Source: Dimorphilus gyrociliatus (Eukaryota > Animalia > Annelida). From it: DNA of 64,000 nucleotides. A program made the translations under genes and the position numbers. Under the pieces are notes generated by a model that worked only from the letters and a program-made list of their open reading frames with translations, was not told where the DNA came from and did not search any database. The DNA lies in contig CAJFCJ010000006.1 of the NCBI GenBank assembly GCA_904063045.1, forward strand, positions 5,465,100 to 5,529,099, read 5' to 3'. Below, one piece after another: positions 37,190 to 50,324 of the stretch. How positions within the stretch are numbered: the first letter of the stretch is position 1; every line of letters begins with the position of its first letter.

Positions 37190-39189
37190 TTTACTATTTA
37201 ATTATAGAATAAGATATGTCATGTTTTATGTAGAGAAAGCTTGTTTGTTTTGTTTGTTTGTTTGTTTATTTATTGTTTAAAAGCTTACTTGTATTGTTTA
37301 TTGAATATAGTCCATTACTGGTTGAGTAGAGTAGATGACAATCTATAAATAAAAATTACAAGATATAAGATATACTAGAATATATAAACTTGCATAAGGA
37401 AGAGAAGGAGGAAAGGGGAAGAGAAAAAGGAAAAAGTTAAGAAAGACTAAAGAATAATAGTGAATTATTCTATCTTTCCCAACTATAAACTAGTATTTAT
37501 CTTTAATTCTATTTTAGATTAAATCTTACCATAGAAAAGACCGCAATTTACACTAGCGTTTATTGGCTTCTTAAACGTTTTCACGCAAATAGAACGTTTA
37601 GCAAATGGCTGAAGATATGTCGAAAAATATTATTATAACTATGAAAAAGTGTTGATTCTATTGGCTATCGCAAATATACTTTACCAGATTACGATTAGAC
37701 ACATTTTCGGTTGTTGCAACCAAGTCCGGTAGTAATAATTCTGTATTTATAGGTTTTTATTACAGCTGTTGTTATATTTAAATTCGTGCATTCGGCTTTT
37801 ATTTAATTCAACTCTTTGTATTAATTCTTTCTAATTAGTTTACTAATTTTCTCTTTCTATTTTACACTTATTTACCTGTATTTTCCAATAGATGGCAGCA
37901 ACGTTTTCTTGTATTCTGTTTGTATGTGGAGGGACAAAAAGGAAAGATAAACAATTAGTTGTTAGAATTGTCTTATTTTAATAGAATTCTTATGATTTCT
38001 GCTGATTAAAGTGAAATATGGGAAATGATAAATAATTGGTAACGATAGCATAAAAATGTACATTTAGGAGGCAAAGTTATTTGAATTTGTTCTAACGCGT
38101 AAACGGATGTAGTATATCCGTTCTAATTGGTACATCAAAGTCAAAAAAGTAACGCTCTCCTCCAAATCTCACTTCATACACGCTTAAGAAGAAGAAAGAA
38201 AATTGCTATTTCGAATAAGTGAAAGACTCTATTAGACGCTCTTGTCAAGGAACGCCCTTTTGTTGGGCCTACGGGGCTAGGGGTTAGTTGTTGTAGAAAG
38301 ATGTAGCCCTAAAAGTTATAAGAAAAAAAGGGAGAAAAATGTAATTACCGAGTCCGTATAGCGTGACAAACAATACCCTAGTCCGATTTTGGCAACTCGT
38401 TCGATTAGTTAGAGAGAAAAGCGGGCTTTAAAGTGGGTGGAGGGGCGGTAGGAGAAGGAGGCAAGACGAGTGGACAACTGTAATGATTGATTATAAATAT
38501 GATGGGAATATCGATTCCGGTTGTTACCGTTTTACGCCAAGCTATAATGGGTATAAATTGGCTAATTGGACGAAACGACTCCGTCATTATGTTGGGCCGG
38601 GGGGAGGGTAGCATTAGTATCAGTAGAGGTCTAAGGGGTGTTGTTTGTAAAAACAAAATGCTTGCCTTCTTAAAAGGGCAGTTTTTTCCAATACCTTTTC
38701 TTTTTAGTTGTAGAAGCTGGACTGCCTCTGGGACACCCTATGACAAACATTTTCAATTCCTTTGTATCACGTGATATTATTTTTTTTTAACTAAAGAGCT
38801 GCAAGGAAGAAAGATCTAAAGGGAAAAATTCTTACAGTTCGAATAAACAAGAGACCATAGTGTACTTTTAAATAATAATAATATATTGTATTCTACGTAT
38901 ACTTTGTACCTTGTGAACGTATACAACATACAAGAAAAGCCTATTCTATCTGTGATACAAACTGTTAAAAAAGGACGATGGTTAAATCATTTGAAAGCTA
39001 TCGAACTGGACGAAAACAATAACTGAAGAATGAGCAAGGAAGGAGATGTAAGAAGTCGCTAGAATATAATAAAATACTTGACAAGGACGACGCGTTTTTC
39101 GTTCATTTGTCAGCGGGCTTGACATTGATAAGAGTAAATTCGGCCTCGAGGCGGATTACAATGATTTATAGTGTTAAAAAATATATATA

Positions 39190-39192
<3 letters not shown>

Positions 39193-39226
<34 letters not shown>
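39193..39226. repeat. (TA)n microsatellite
   Basis: About 17 TA units. Confidence 0.9.
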
Positions 39227-39228
<2 letters not shown>

Positions 39229-39576
39229 TAGATTTACATAGAACAAATTATAGATCTATATTTCTATACATTCCGTTAAAAATAAAATAAACTTCTTTAC
39301 TTGAAAAACTAGAGGCGAAAGAAAAGGGAAGTAGGAGAAAATATTCCGGAAGTAGTACATAAAAGCGTCGCATAAGACAATGAATACATAATGAAGGGAG
39401 AAAACGTGCCGAGCATGCGTTCTTAATGCTTCGTTACTCTTTTTTCCCTCCCTTCCACCGTCCCTTTTACTCTTTAACGTCGATATCGCTTGTTAAGGGC
39501 GTAATATTTTTACCTTATTAAATACTATGAGAAAAAAAGTTACAGACAAAGAGAAGGAGCGAGAGAGTAATTGTAA

Positions 39577-39607
<31 letters not shown>

Positions 39608-39636
39608 AAACAAGTTTAGCAACAAATAGAACTAAC

Positions 39637-39891
39637 CTTTAAAAATGAGAAGAAATTTCTCAACTTATTAGATAGTAAATTTATTCTTTTATCCGAATTT
39701 AGAGGAACCTTTTTCCAATAGTAATTATCCTCAATTTCGTAGTAATCGAACACATCATCGCCGCAATTGATCCAAGAAGCAGAAACTGGTTGCTTACCGG
39801 AGATTATATCTGGACGCATTCCCCTTTCCAATATCCGTTCGACCATGTGAGAAATTTTGTTTCTTTGGTTGCTCCAGTCGTCTCCTCTTCT
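39637..39891 (-). CDS. Possible orphan coding exon (85 codons) of an unresolved gene
   Basis: Open frame RRGDDWSNQRNKISHMVERILERGMRPDIISG...WINCGDDVFDYYEIEDNYYWKKVPL...FLK flanked by a pyrimidine-rich CAG acceptor and an AAG/GTTAGT donor. Neighbouring exons are ambiguous. Confidence 0.3.
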
Positions 39892-42800
39892 CTGCCTTAA
39901 CGGAAAAGTATTGAAAACGAGGTCAGTTTAACATGGTACAATGGGAACTGAGTAGTACTTTTGCTGAGATTTCTCAACTCTCTAATTTATGACGTTACTT
40001 ATCTAGAGTATATTATAGATAGTTCAGTAAGAAAGAATCCTTACACATGAATAAATTACGGCAGCTTCAAAGAGATACTTGTAAATGATTAGGTTTCTAC
40101 GCTCAGCTTGTAATTTACCTTGTATTCTATTACAGATGCATTCGTCAGTTGCTCGTCTAAGCAGTTATTAACAATACAAATGGAATTGGATATACACAAT
40201 ATTAAAGCTTGACAGTTTTCACCTTATTATCGGCCAGCTTTCATTATTTATAATGAAATAATGTAAAAAGAGAATGAATAGGGAGCCTTTATTACTTGGA
40301 CAAGTTTAAAAGCTGGTACATCATTGAGAGCCTAGTCTGCATACACAGCTATAAATAATTAAACAACTCTCCTAATTACGTTAATATAGCGAAAAGGTAG
40401 AACGTTTTAAATAATCGAAATCCGTGCTTTTCTATTCCTTTTAAATTAACTACTATTGAATAATAAGTACAGATGAAAAAGAAAATAAAAGAAACGGAAA
40501 AGAAAGCGTCTCTTTGGCAGGTGCTTTTGAAAGCGAGCAGGTGTTTATCCCTATCTAGCAATCTAATCAACGAACCTGTTTTATTCCAATGCGTCTTCTT
40601 TGCTGACCGTCCTCGGGGGATACGCCTTAACTGTTAATTAAATTACGTCAAGCGATCAGTTTATTGTAGAAAACTATAATTTAATCCACAGAGAGATAGA
40701 AATAATCCTGCTTAATTCCAAGTTTTAATATTGATTCGTTAGAAAAATGTCCACAATAAAAGACGCTTAAAATAGACGATTCGACTCTTTCCAGTCGCCG
40801 CTAACGGCAAACAATGAGAGAGAATATCCTACCTAAATTGAGACTAGATGGCGCGCCGGTAAATCTCCGTTAATTCTCGTTTCATGTATAAAATATGTTA
40901 TATACGTGTAATAAACCATACACAGTAGTGGTATACAGTATGTATTTATACGTTGCATAGATTTTTCTATCATTTGCACAACATGATATGTTTGTTTGAA
41001 CGAAAATAAATGAGAAAGAATTGATTTATTAACTAAAATATTTCTAATTAAAACACGACTAAGCTTTACTTTCGATCCGCTTTATTAATCAGACATTTCT
41101 ATTAAATCTAGTATTATAAGGGCTAGGGAGAATTTTCTCTGTTTTCTATTATATTTTGCCTCTTTTTTATTATTGACAAACTAGTGAAAACTGATGGTTT
41201 ACATATATTTCCTCTTTTTATTTTATCCCTCCCTCCCTCTCTCCATTTCTCTCTCTGTCTCTCTTCACTCTATATTCTTTCTTTATACTGCAAAAAAATA
41301 CGATAAATATCGAAATAATCCTCAAAAGCTTTGCAGTAAATTTTTCGCGCCAAAAAAAATGAGTTAGGCCTAGGTCAATTTCTCCTATTCCTTTATAAAC
41401 GATGCAATTACTTTTTTTTAGTTGATACTTCAAAAGGAAAAGCTTTTGTTTTTTGTTTTGGTCTTAAAAGGGATGGGAATATGCCTTAACACTAGACTGC
41501 AAAGTAAAAAAAAAATACTGGAATAGAACGTATTGTATATACAGTACATTTGCTATATATAATGTTGATAACGTTTTTGATTTTATTACCTTAACAAATA
41601 TATCAGACGCTTGTGAAGCTTTCGAATTAGGGAAAGAACGACATGCGAAAAGGTCAAGGACGATTGAGCAGCATTCGCATATAATGATCCGATAATTACA
41701 GCGTAAACACTTAACGTTCTAAGATATATACATAAATCAATGTAAGTAAAGTAGGAAACCAAATCACCTCTTTTTTCTTTTCTCCTTTTACATACTCCAC
41801 TTAATCCTTACGGTTTCCCTCTTCCAGTTTTACTAAACAACTAATTCTCTTGGTAGGCCCATATTTAATGCTACTGACGTATTTTTGTCATATATTTATG
41901 CATGATTTTAAGTGTATTCCTTCAAACTAGTACTTAAATATAGACGCAACAAGTAAATAGGTTGGCCTAGAAAGGAGAGTGCTTCTTTCCTTAATTAAAT
42001 CTCTGCAAATGCGCACCTCGGGCTGCAATTAACGCCTATGTTCGTTCTTTTTTTTGGTAAGTCTAATTAAATCGTAAGAGGTAATCGCCGGTGCATTTAC
42101 AATATACCTAAGTGGGTAATACATCAAGAGTAAATACAAAAAAGATGGCGTCTCTTTCTTTCTCCGTCCCTATTTCAATATGTATTCAGATAAAGCAACA
42201 GACGCCGATTTCTATGTAAAGAGTGGGAATAGAAATGATTGAATGGAAGGGAAGAAATTGTTTTCGTTCGGTTTTTTTTGCGTCGGGAGATTAATTCTGG
42301 TATAATCGACCGTTTCCGTGTCGAAAGGCGTATGAATAAAAAAAATAGCAAGAGAGGGAGATAGGCAGAGCGAGAGAAGAGAGACAGTGAGCTAGCGAGT
42401 TGGTGAGCCAGCGACAGAGTGACAGATAGATATACGGACATAGAGAGATAGAAATAAGGGATGGGGGTAGAGGTTAAGGGACAAGTGGGAAACGGATGGA
42501 CGAATAACAAAGAGAAAAAAACAGGAAAAGAAGGAGAGAGGGGGCGGAGTGGGGGTAAGTTAGTGTTAAGAGAGGGGGGGGAGGAGGAGTTGGCAGGAGG
42601 GAAATCGCCCGACAGGATTAAGGGTGCGAAATCAATCGGTATATATATCGTTTCCACTGAATTAAGTCTGATTCACTTTAGCGCATTACGTCATTTGCGT
42701 GCAGGGGTTTATAGCCTCTTTTGTACTGCAATTTCTTCCCTTAAGTCCTTCGTTCTTTCTATCCTTCATTTACGTTTATCCCTAACATTCTTCTTCTTCT

Positions 42801-43466
42801 CCTTACGCTTCATCTTTCTCATTGAAAATGAAAGAAAGAATGATGTTGGTATGGAAATTGGGGTAGTATCCACAGGGACTATCTGTAGCGTTTAGCTTCT
42901 ATATTTTTATTCCCTGATAGTCGTTGATCATAGGATAGGCAATTATTGGCTAACGAAAGAAAATTTGCATATTACGTCAATAAAAGATACAAGTAGAAAC
43001 TTTATAGACAAAATACATAAAGTCTATCTCGTTAATATGTTTACATATATAGTAGAAATATAAATATACAGTATGCATAATGGGAATATACTCGTATGAT
43101 AATTAAATTTTTCTTGGTGACAGGATGTAACCAGCTCTTCATGTTTGTGTAGTGGTGTGGGGGCAGGTGGTCTTGCCTGAGAACAAACAAAAGCCATAAC
43201 GAATGAGTAAACGGATGCGTCGCCATCTGACTCGAATTCCCTAAGGGCTTTTCCGTCAAAGCCTGTCCTCAAAAAGTAGATAATTTTCGCTTTATACACA
43301 AAAATATCGGGTTTCGAAACAACTGATTTAATCCCTACCCTAATCCGACAGAAGGCGTCTTGTATTTTTCTACAGACTCAACGGCGCCATCTATCAATTG
43401 AACAATATTTATTAGACGCCTAATTTTTTTTATTGCGCAAAGATGGATGTAAAAAAAGGATTAGTA

Positions 43467-45782
43467 TTAGCACGTTGTTTCCTTTGCTTCCAATAATTCA
43501 GGCTTGTCAAATACTGGATTTTCCTTGTCTAAATCTTCTTCATCCTCTTCCTCTATTATCTGGTGACCGAACTTCCTCCCCCTATTGTTTATTTCGCTTT
43601 GACCTTCTTTGACTTCCTCAAAAGTATCGAGAATTCCTTTTCGCTTCTTATAGGTTCTTAATGCTAAACAACCAATTAGGCAAGGTAATAAGGAAACAGT
43701 TGTACACACTGTCAATGAACAATTAGCTATATCGCCTTCCGGCTTTTGTACGGAATCTTCAATCACTTTGGCAGCAATTTCACCACCCCTTACGCCAATT
43801 TCCATAGAAATAACTAATAGTTTGGCAACCGTTAACCTAGCAGCATAAGGAATAAGAGCACCGATTAGAAAGGAGATGGCCGATAAGAGTGTAGCTAATG
43901 AGACCATTTTAAAGTTGATAACGTAAAAGATATATGAATTAGTTGAAAGTCTAACAATAATTCTAAAAAGCAGAACTAAGGCTATGTAATGCGGAAACGC
44001 TTTAACGAGTTTATGATAAAATTTAGCTAGCTTCTGATATGCAAAATAGCCAATGAGGATGACAGCAATCAGGAGGACGAAGCAGATGAATAAATTCTGA
44101 AAGATAAATGAAAAATTTTTCTGAGAATAAATACAATTCAATAGGCCAGAGGGATTTTATGCGAATATACCATAAAAGGCAAATGCAACTTGCCCGCGGC
44201 TCGTTTGTAGATTTTCGTTTCGAAGGCGACGCTCCATAGAGGCAACATTCCTGTGGGAAAAATTGAAAAAAAAGGGTAAAGAGCAACCCTTCATCATGAG
44301 TCTGTAATCTGTAAATGTGATTTGTAATATTTACCAATGGCCGCAAAGTTTACGATGACGGCTAAAGTGACGCTGAACGTCACGTCAACCGATGCCAGAA
44401 ACGCTAATAGAATGACTACGCCATCTGATGGGGAACAAGTTAGGCAGAGGAGGGCGAAAGATGAGTCTGCAGTGGGTTGGAAGATGAGCACAATTCCCAG
44501 CCAAATCTGCGATGAAACAAACCTAAAAATTTTATTGACAGACAAGGTCAAACGTCATTCAAAGCTATAAAAGTGATATTCGGTATATAAATAAATTTTA
44601 TCTGTATATATAAATAGATTATAGGCAGACATCCAGCATTTTGATCCCTTATAAAGTGTTTATAATTTTATATGTCTATATGAAGTCATATAATTATGGC
44701 GTATGCATTTGACAGCTTTTGCCGTCGATAGCTTTTAGGCAACCTATTGTCCCTTTTCTTTCTGTACTCTTTCTCAACGACCTCGATTAATGGAAAATCG
44801 ATGCTTGACCGGTAAAAAGTTAATCCGCGTCGAAACGACGCCTTTCAACGTCTCTGCCTTCCCTCTGGTTTTTCAACTGTGTCCTTTTAATATTGAATAG
44901 ACGATAGATAAAACAAAAGAGGAGAGGAAGAAGAGCGGACTTAAAGAGAGAGATTAGAGACTAACACCGATGATGATGAAAAATAACAAATCGTCCTCCA
45001 TTAGAGTTTCTCTTTTTAGATGACAATGAATTCTCATGAGATAATGAATCGAATTCTAAGAAAAGCCCCCCTAATTAGACATTAAAGCAAAAAGTGTGAC
45101 AATTAGTGAAGCATTCAATGTTCTCTCTCCCTCCCTCTCTAACTTTCATTCTCTTTTCTCTTTATCATATCTCACCTAAACACAAAAAATACTAAAGGAT
45201 ATCAAGCAATCCAAACGAATGGTTTAGAGAGGACTCTTTCGCACGCACCCGCATACTTACGGCTGGCAGGAAGGCGAAACGGCATAGTAAAGCCACACCA
45301 AGACAAGTTGGCCTTCGGATTAAACGTAAAACAATATCCCCATTGACAACAGCACCGCAACCTCCAACTGCAATAAGAATGAGGGATGTTGAAATTATTT
45401 CCAAAAATTTACCGGCGTCTCCGTTCTCATCACCCCTTACGACGGTTATATTGAACGCCTCATTTATTCGGAAAGTGCTATTAGAAGAGTTATGACCGTA
45501 GAAAACTAAAGAAGTTCTCCCAAGCGTCTTAGGCTGAATTTTTAGCGGAAAGAAGACGGTACTGTTGATAATTGTTGATTTCTCACCGGAAGACAGATCA
45601 AGTACATCGGAATCTGCACGAAACACCTGAAACTCAAAGTTATCCAATTGTTTCGTAGTGAATAATATTGTTAAGTTTAAATATCCAATATCCCTTAGGG
45701 TTACGTTGGCGTTTTCTGGTTGAAATTTTAAGCCTAGACAGGTAAATTTAAAGAGTACAGCAACTAAGAAGAACAAACGCAT
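43467..45782 (-). CDS. SLC10: SLC10 / bile acid:sodium symporter (BASS) family transporter with N-terminal ectodomain (SLC10A3/A5-like architecture), about 467 aa, 4 exons
   Basis: Exons 45782-45261, 44506-44335, 44250-44171, 44096-43467 are phase-consistent. Signal peptide, N-glycosylation-rich ectodomain, IRRPTCLGVALLCRFAFLP, LTCSP, DVTFSVTL, MLPLW, SMEIG. Confidence 0.85.
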
Positions 45783-46776
45783 TTTTCGGTATTTTTGCAG
45801 TTTGCCAAAGTCTAATACAATCAGAGAGGATGTCAAAAATGAGTAAACTCGTAGAGAATTGATCGAATCACGTGATATATAGGAACCAATAGGAAAGTAG
45901 AATGTAAACAACTAACCAATAACTGGCGAACGATTTACTCATTCCTAGCACGTTTTAGAATAGTAGAAGATGAAGCTACTTAGAATTAGAGCCTGTCGTA
46001 TAAATAAGCTTTGTTAAGCTTCTAATTATCGAAGTTCTTCGCCCTCCTCCATACCAATGGCCAAACCTCGGGCGCCTGGCTAATAATAAACATCTTATCG
46101 TTAAATACATATAAACGTTGCAGTATTTTTTTTCTTGCAGTCGGCGCCAAAAAGAAATTTCTTCCATTCGCCGAATATGCTGAGGTGATGAGTTGCTAAA
46201 AGATCAAAACCGTATAGCGCAATCCCTGATAAAATTTTTGTGCATTATACACAAGAGTAGAGATATATAATGTCTTATTTTTAGCTTTCAAAGCCGGGGT
46301 ACCCTTTTCAGTTAGAGAATTCTTTAGTAAGATGAAGTTTACCCCCTGAGAGAGACGCTTAAGAGTGTATTTTACCTGATTAAAATCGAATTAAGCATTG
46401 AAAAAAGGAGAATAAAGATACAATCAACCAATTACTTTTTTAATCTTTTCCCATTCGCTTTAACATTTGCGATAATTTTTTTTCTCTCTTTCTTATTCTT
46501 TATTTAACTTTTTATTTATTCTTTTTCTATTAAAAGTGATTTCTTTATTTAAAAAGAAAAGCCAGAAAAAAGAAGCTATTATCCATACACGAAAAATAAT
46601 GCTGACTCTCACAATAGATTACCAACTTAAGCATAAGAGAGAAACGTTTCCCCCGAAATGCGGAGGTGGTGGGGGAGTGGGAAAATAGTAAATATAGAAA
46701 ACAAAAGGACAATCAATGAGAAAAGTGAGAGATAGAAGATAGATAGATAGATGAATAGACACAGATATATACACAT

Positions 46777-46779
<3 letters not shown>

Positions 46780-46811
<32 letters not shown>
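46780..46811. repeat. (CA)n microsatellite
   Basis: About 16 CA units. Confidence 0.9.
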
Positions 46812-46814
<3 letters not shown>

Positions 46815-47182
46815 AGGAGTTTGAGAGAGGAGAAGGACTAGAAAGAAAAAAAAAGGAAAAAACAGAGTGTATTTGAGCGAGTTAGTGAGTTAGAGGGAAC
46901 TAAGTGGGGAAAAGTGTAAAAGACCAAAGAAATAAATAGTTCGTTTTTCTCTTTCCTCTTTACATATTTTTTTATTCCTTTTCACTTTCTTTTTGTTTTA
47001 CTGTATCCTGATTTGTTCTTTTTTTTACGTTTTATTAATTTGATTAAATACGCCTCTCTTTCTCTCTTTCTTTCTTGTTTTTTTTTCTCTCTATCTCTCT
47101 ATCTATCTATCTCTCTAACTTTTACTCTCTCATTTCTCTTAAACATTACATTAGATATTCACTATTTCCTTTGTCTTTTTGT

Positions 47183-48364
47183 TTAAAATTGGCACGAAAA
47201 GTCTATGCTGTCACCGTAATCTTGTAGAAATTCACCAAGACTGTTCATTAAAGTTCTACACGTTAACTTTCTACCAGAGTCCAACAGTTCTACCCTTCCA
47301 ATGAGGGTCACAGGGTAGCAATTGTCATCTTTTTCTATTATTTCATCCGGTATAAAGCGCATCGATCTTTCTATAAGCGTCTCTTTCAACTGTTTGATAT
47401 ATTTTTATATTTTTATTATATATATTTAATACATATTTATGAAAAATATGTGCATTCATATACTAATATATATATAAAGCTACTATGGCTTACAGCTATT
47501 CAATATTCAGTTTGTATGTGTAATAATACCGCAAGCTGCATATCAAATACATTTACATTGTTAATCTTTCTTGTCCAGATAAAACCCTAGCTACTCTCCT
47601 GTCCTAGCTTCTTAACTAGTTTTACTTACAGATTATTGTAGAAAGGGTAGATTGGTTGGAAGGTTGATAGGTCAGGAATTGTTTAAATTAGACAATCTAA
47701 AGATAGAAAGAAGGAAAGAAAAAGAAATAAATACGAAACCTTTTCATAGACGCCTGTATTTTCGCATTCTTTATATTGAAATGATGCTACCAGTTTCGAC
47801 GATTTATTTTCTCTTGCTAAATACAAATAAATAACTATTGCAATAATCATTAAAAAGAAAATTGTAACGCCCAATAAAATCGTTCCAAAGCGTTTCGTCT
47901 TCTTTCCAGTTTTTTTTCCTTCTAATTCTAACATTGATCTATCTCTTGGAAGAGTATCAAAGCCTTTTGCGTAATCTAAATATTCATAGTATTAGTACAA
48001 ATTTAATAATATCCTTTTTTCTTAATTTAATGAATATTCATAACTTCTACTCAACTGTTATATTTATCATTATATGCACTTAAACAATATTCTTTTTTAA
48101 TAGAATTCTTTACTGCATTTTTGATATAATTCTGCATTTCTGTCGGTGATATGTTTAATTTAATAAGCAAAAAGGCAAAGACGCCGAAATATCAGTTTTT
48201 TGTAGTCATATTTTTAATGTTTAACCTGCAACTGAGGCTTCTATTCTCTCAGGCGTTCCATCTTTAGGTTTTTTATAAGAAACCAAGAAGTCTTCATCTT
48301 TAAATTCAAGATAAGGTAAATCGGTTAGGGTGAAGGCTTCTTCGTCTTCTAATCGGGGATCCAT
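47183..48364 (-). CDS. Uncharacterised type II single-pass membrane protein, about 221 aa, 4 exons
   Basis: Exons 48364-48226, 48139-48056, 47975-47740, 47389-47183 sum to 666 nt in frame. Basic residues precede the TM segment FGTILLGVTIFFLMIIAIVIYLYL; the short C-terminal ectodomain carries four Cys. Exon 2 is the least certain. Confidence 0.65.
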
Positions 48365-48730
48365 AACTCGACTGCCAAGACTTAAACTAAAGTAATCATA
48401 AAAACTCTAACGAGTACTTGTATACTACTAATATATTTCAATAGAGTTTGTTCTCAGATTTTATAGGCCCACGGACAAAATCTAGGTTCCCAATTTATCA
48501 AAAAAAGAAAAAAAAAGATAGAGAGATTGAAAAAATTTAAAGAAAACGAAAACAAAAAAAAAAGGAAAAGAAAGAAAAAAATAGATATTATATTGGAGAG
48601 AGAGAGAGAGAGAGAGAGATAGATAAAAAGAGAGAGAAAGAAGGTAAAACGAAAAATATCACTATTATTAAAGTTCTTGTTAATAATTTATAGAAACAAA
48701 AAAAGAAACGAAACATTCTTTTCGATTGTT

Positions 48731-50324
48731 CTAATCAGTTTTTACTCTAAACTTTATCTTCGGCTTGGGAGGTGAGAGAATATTCTCGAAAAGTTGGACG
48801 AAAACGTTTATAACCATACCATAAACGGCTAAGCCGAAGAATAGGTAGAGCGATGATAGTAGGAAGAATTTGGAATTCTTTGGTAAAAGATCACCAAAGC
48901 CAATTGTTGATAAGGATACAAATATAAAATAGATGCTTTCGGATATTGTCCATTCTTCTGTTAAACTGTATAATAACACTCCTGCTCCGGTGTAGATTAT
49001 TAGAACAAAGGTGGCCGTAAAAATGTTGACATTGAAGTTGTCATCAACTTTACTCTTATAAATAATTGATCTAAACAATTTGAAGGATCGGACGAACAAT
49101 TTAGCGAATTGATTTAAAGCCGCCAAACATAAAGGAATTCCAAAGAAACCGTAGATGATTGTTGCTAGTCGACCATTCATAGAATTAGGAGCAATGTGAC
49201 CATAACCTATAAATAAAGTAATAGTTTTATTTGAGGTTTTATTATATAAATATATTGTTCTATAAATAACTCTTCTCTTTCTGATGCATTTTAAACATAG
49301 TGATATATTTATCTATTAGCATATACTGCATTTTAACTTTATATTCTTACTACTAATTTAATATTTATCATGTGCTGCCATCTCTTATTTATAGTTAATT
49401 TGTTTTCTTTTATTGCAGGGGGTTTGCAAGATGAGATTAACGGTCACTTATAATTATTTGAACCTGACTGCCGAAGAAAATTTTATCAGCTTATAAAAGT
49501 AAATGAAATGAATAATTCTCTGTTTTATTTATGAATGAAATAGGAAAAGGAATCAGGTCAATTAAATCAACCAATAAAATCCTAGACACAAAAATATTTG
49601 TAAATGTATAAATAAAGAAGTAGTTATTATTATATTAAATGCATTTTTTAAGATATATTTTGCGTGGTAGACTATTTGCCATTTACTTTTTGTTTAGTAA
49701 TTTAATCCCCTCTAATATTTAAGAAAGAGAGGTAATGTTTTCTTTAATTTCAATAACGAATGCCATCTATTGGTTTAAATGATACATCTTTAGAATTATG
49801 ATTTATTTACCTAGATGGCGTTAAAAATGATTTGTTTTATGTACGAAAAAAAAGTGTGAATGAAAGGAAGAATAATGAACTATCTAGCATATTAGGAGAA
49901 TATTAATGGCGATTTCTTAAATGTATAAACACTCACCTATAGTTGTAAATAATGTAAGAACATAATAAGCACTTTCTTCCAAGTTCCAATCTGCATCTGG
50001 TGTAATTGTATCATCCTCCTCTGAAATTGCCCTATGCTTCTCTAAAGCTTGATCATATTGGTTAATGATGGCTTCCATCGTTCTAGTCCATTTGTCTTTA
50101 TTCGATTTGGGCAGACTCCAAGAGGCCGATAACAGTGAATGCTTGGCTGCATTTAACTGCATCTTTGCCGTTCGAACAGTTGATAAGCTGTTATCCTGTT
50201 TCTCCAGATATGCAAACAACATAGCGCCCATGTACCAGTAGCTAAGAATAAGAGCCAAAGGTTTATACAAACCAAAAGTTTGCTTAATTAATATCCAAAA
50301 TTCACTGCCAAATTTTCCAATCAT
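48731..50324 (-). CDS. Two-pore-domain potassium channel (K2P / TWK / KCNK18-like), about 287 aa, 2 exons
   Basis: Exons 50324-49937 and 49206-48731. P1 TTIG/YGHIAP, M2 GRLATIIYGFFGIPL, P2 SLSTIGFGDLLP, four TM segments and a cap helix. A short upstream coding exon is possible. Confidence 0.9.

Noticed and set aside
38405-38774. Overlapping ORFs on both strands
   Set aside because: GC-rich, probably regulatory sequence with no splice partners or recognisable motifs.
42175-43299. ORFs 42175-42657, 42461-42895, 43024-43299 and 43041-43259
   Set aside because: Mostly purine/pyrimidine-tract artefacts. The 43.0-43.3 kb frames could be a small gene but no consistent model or homology was found.
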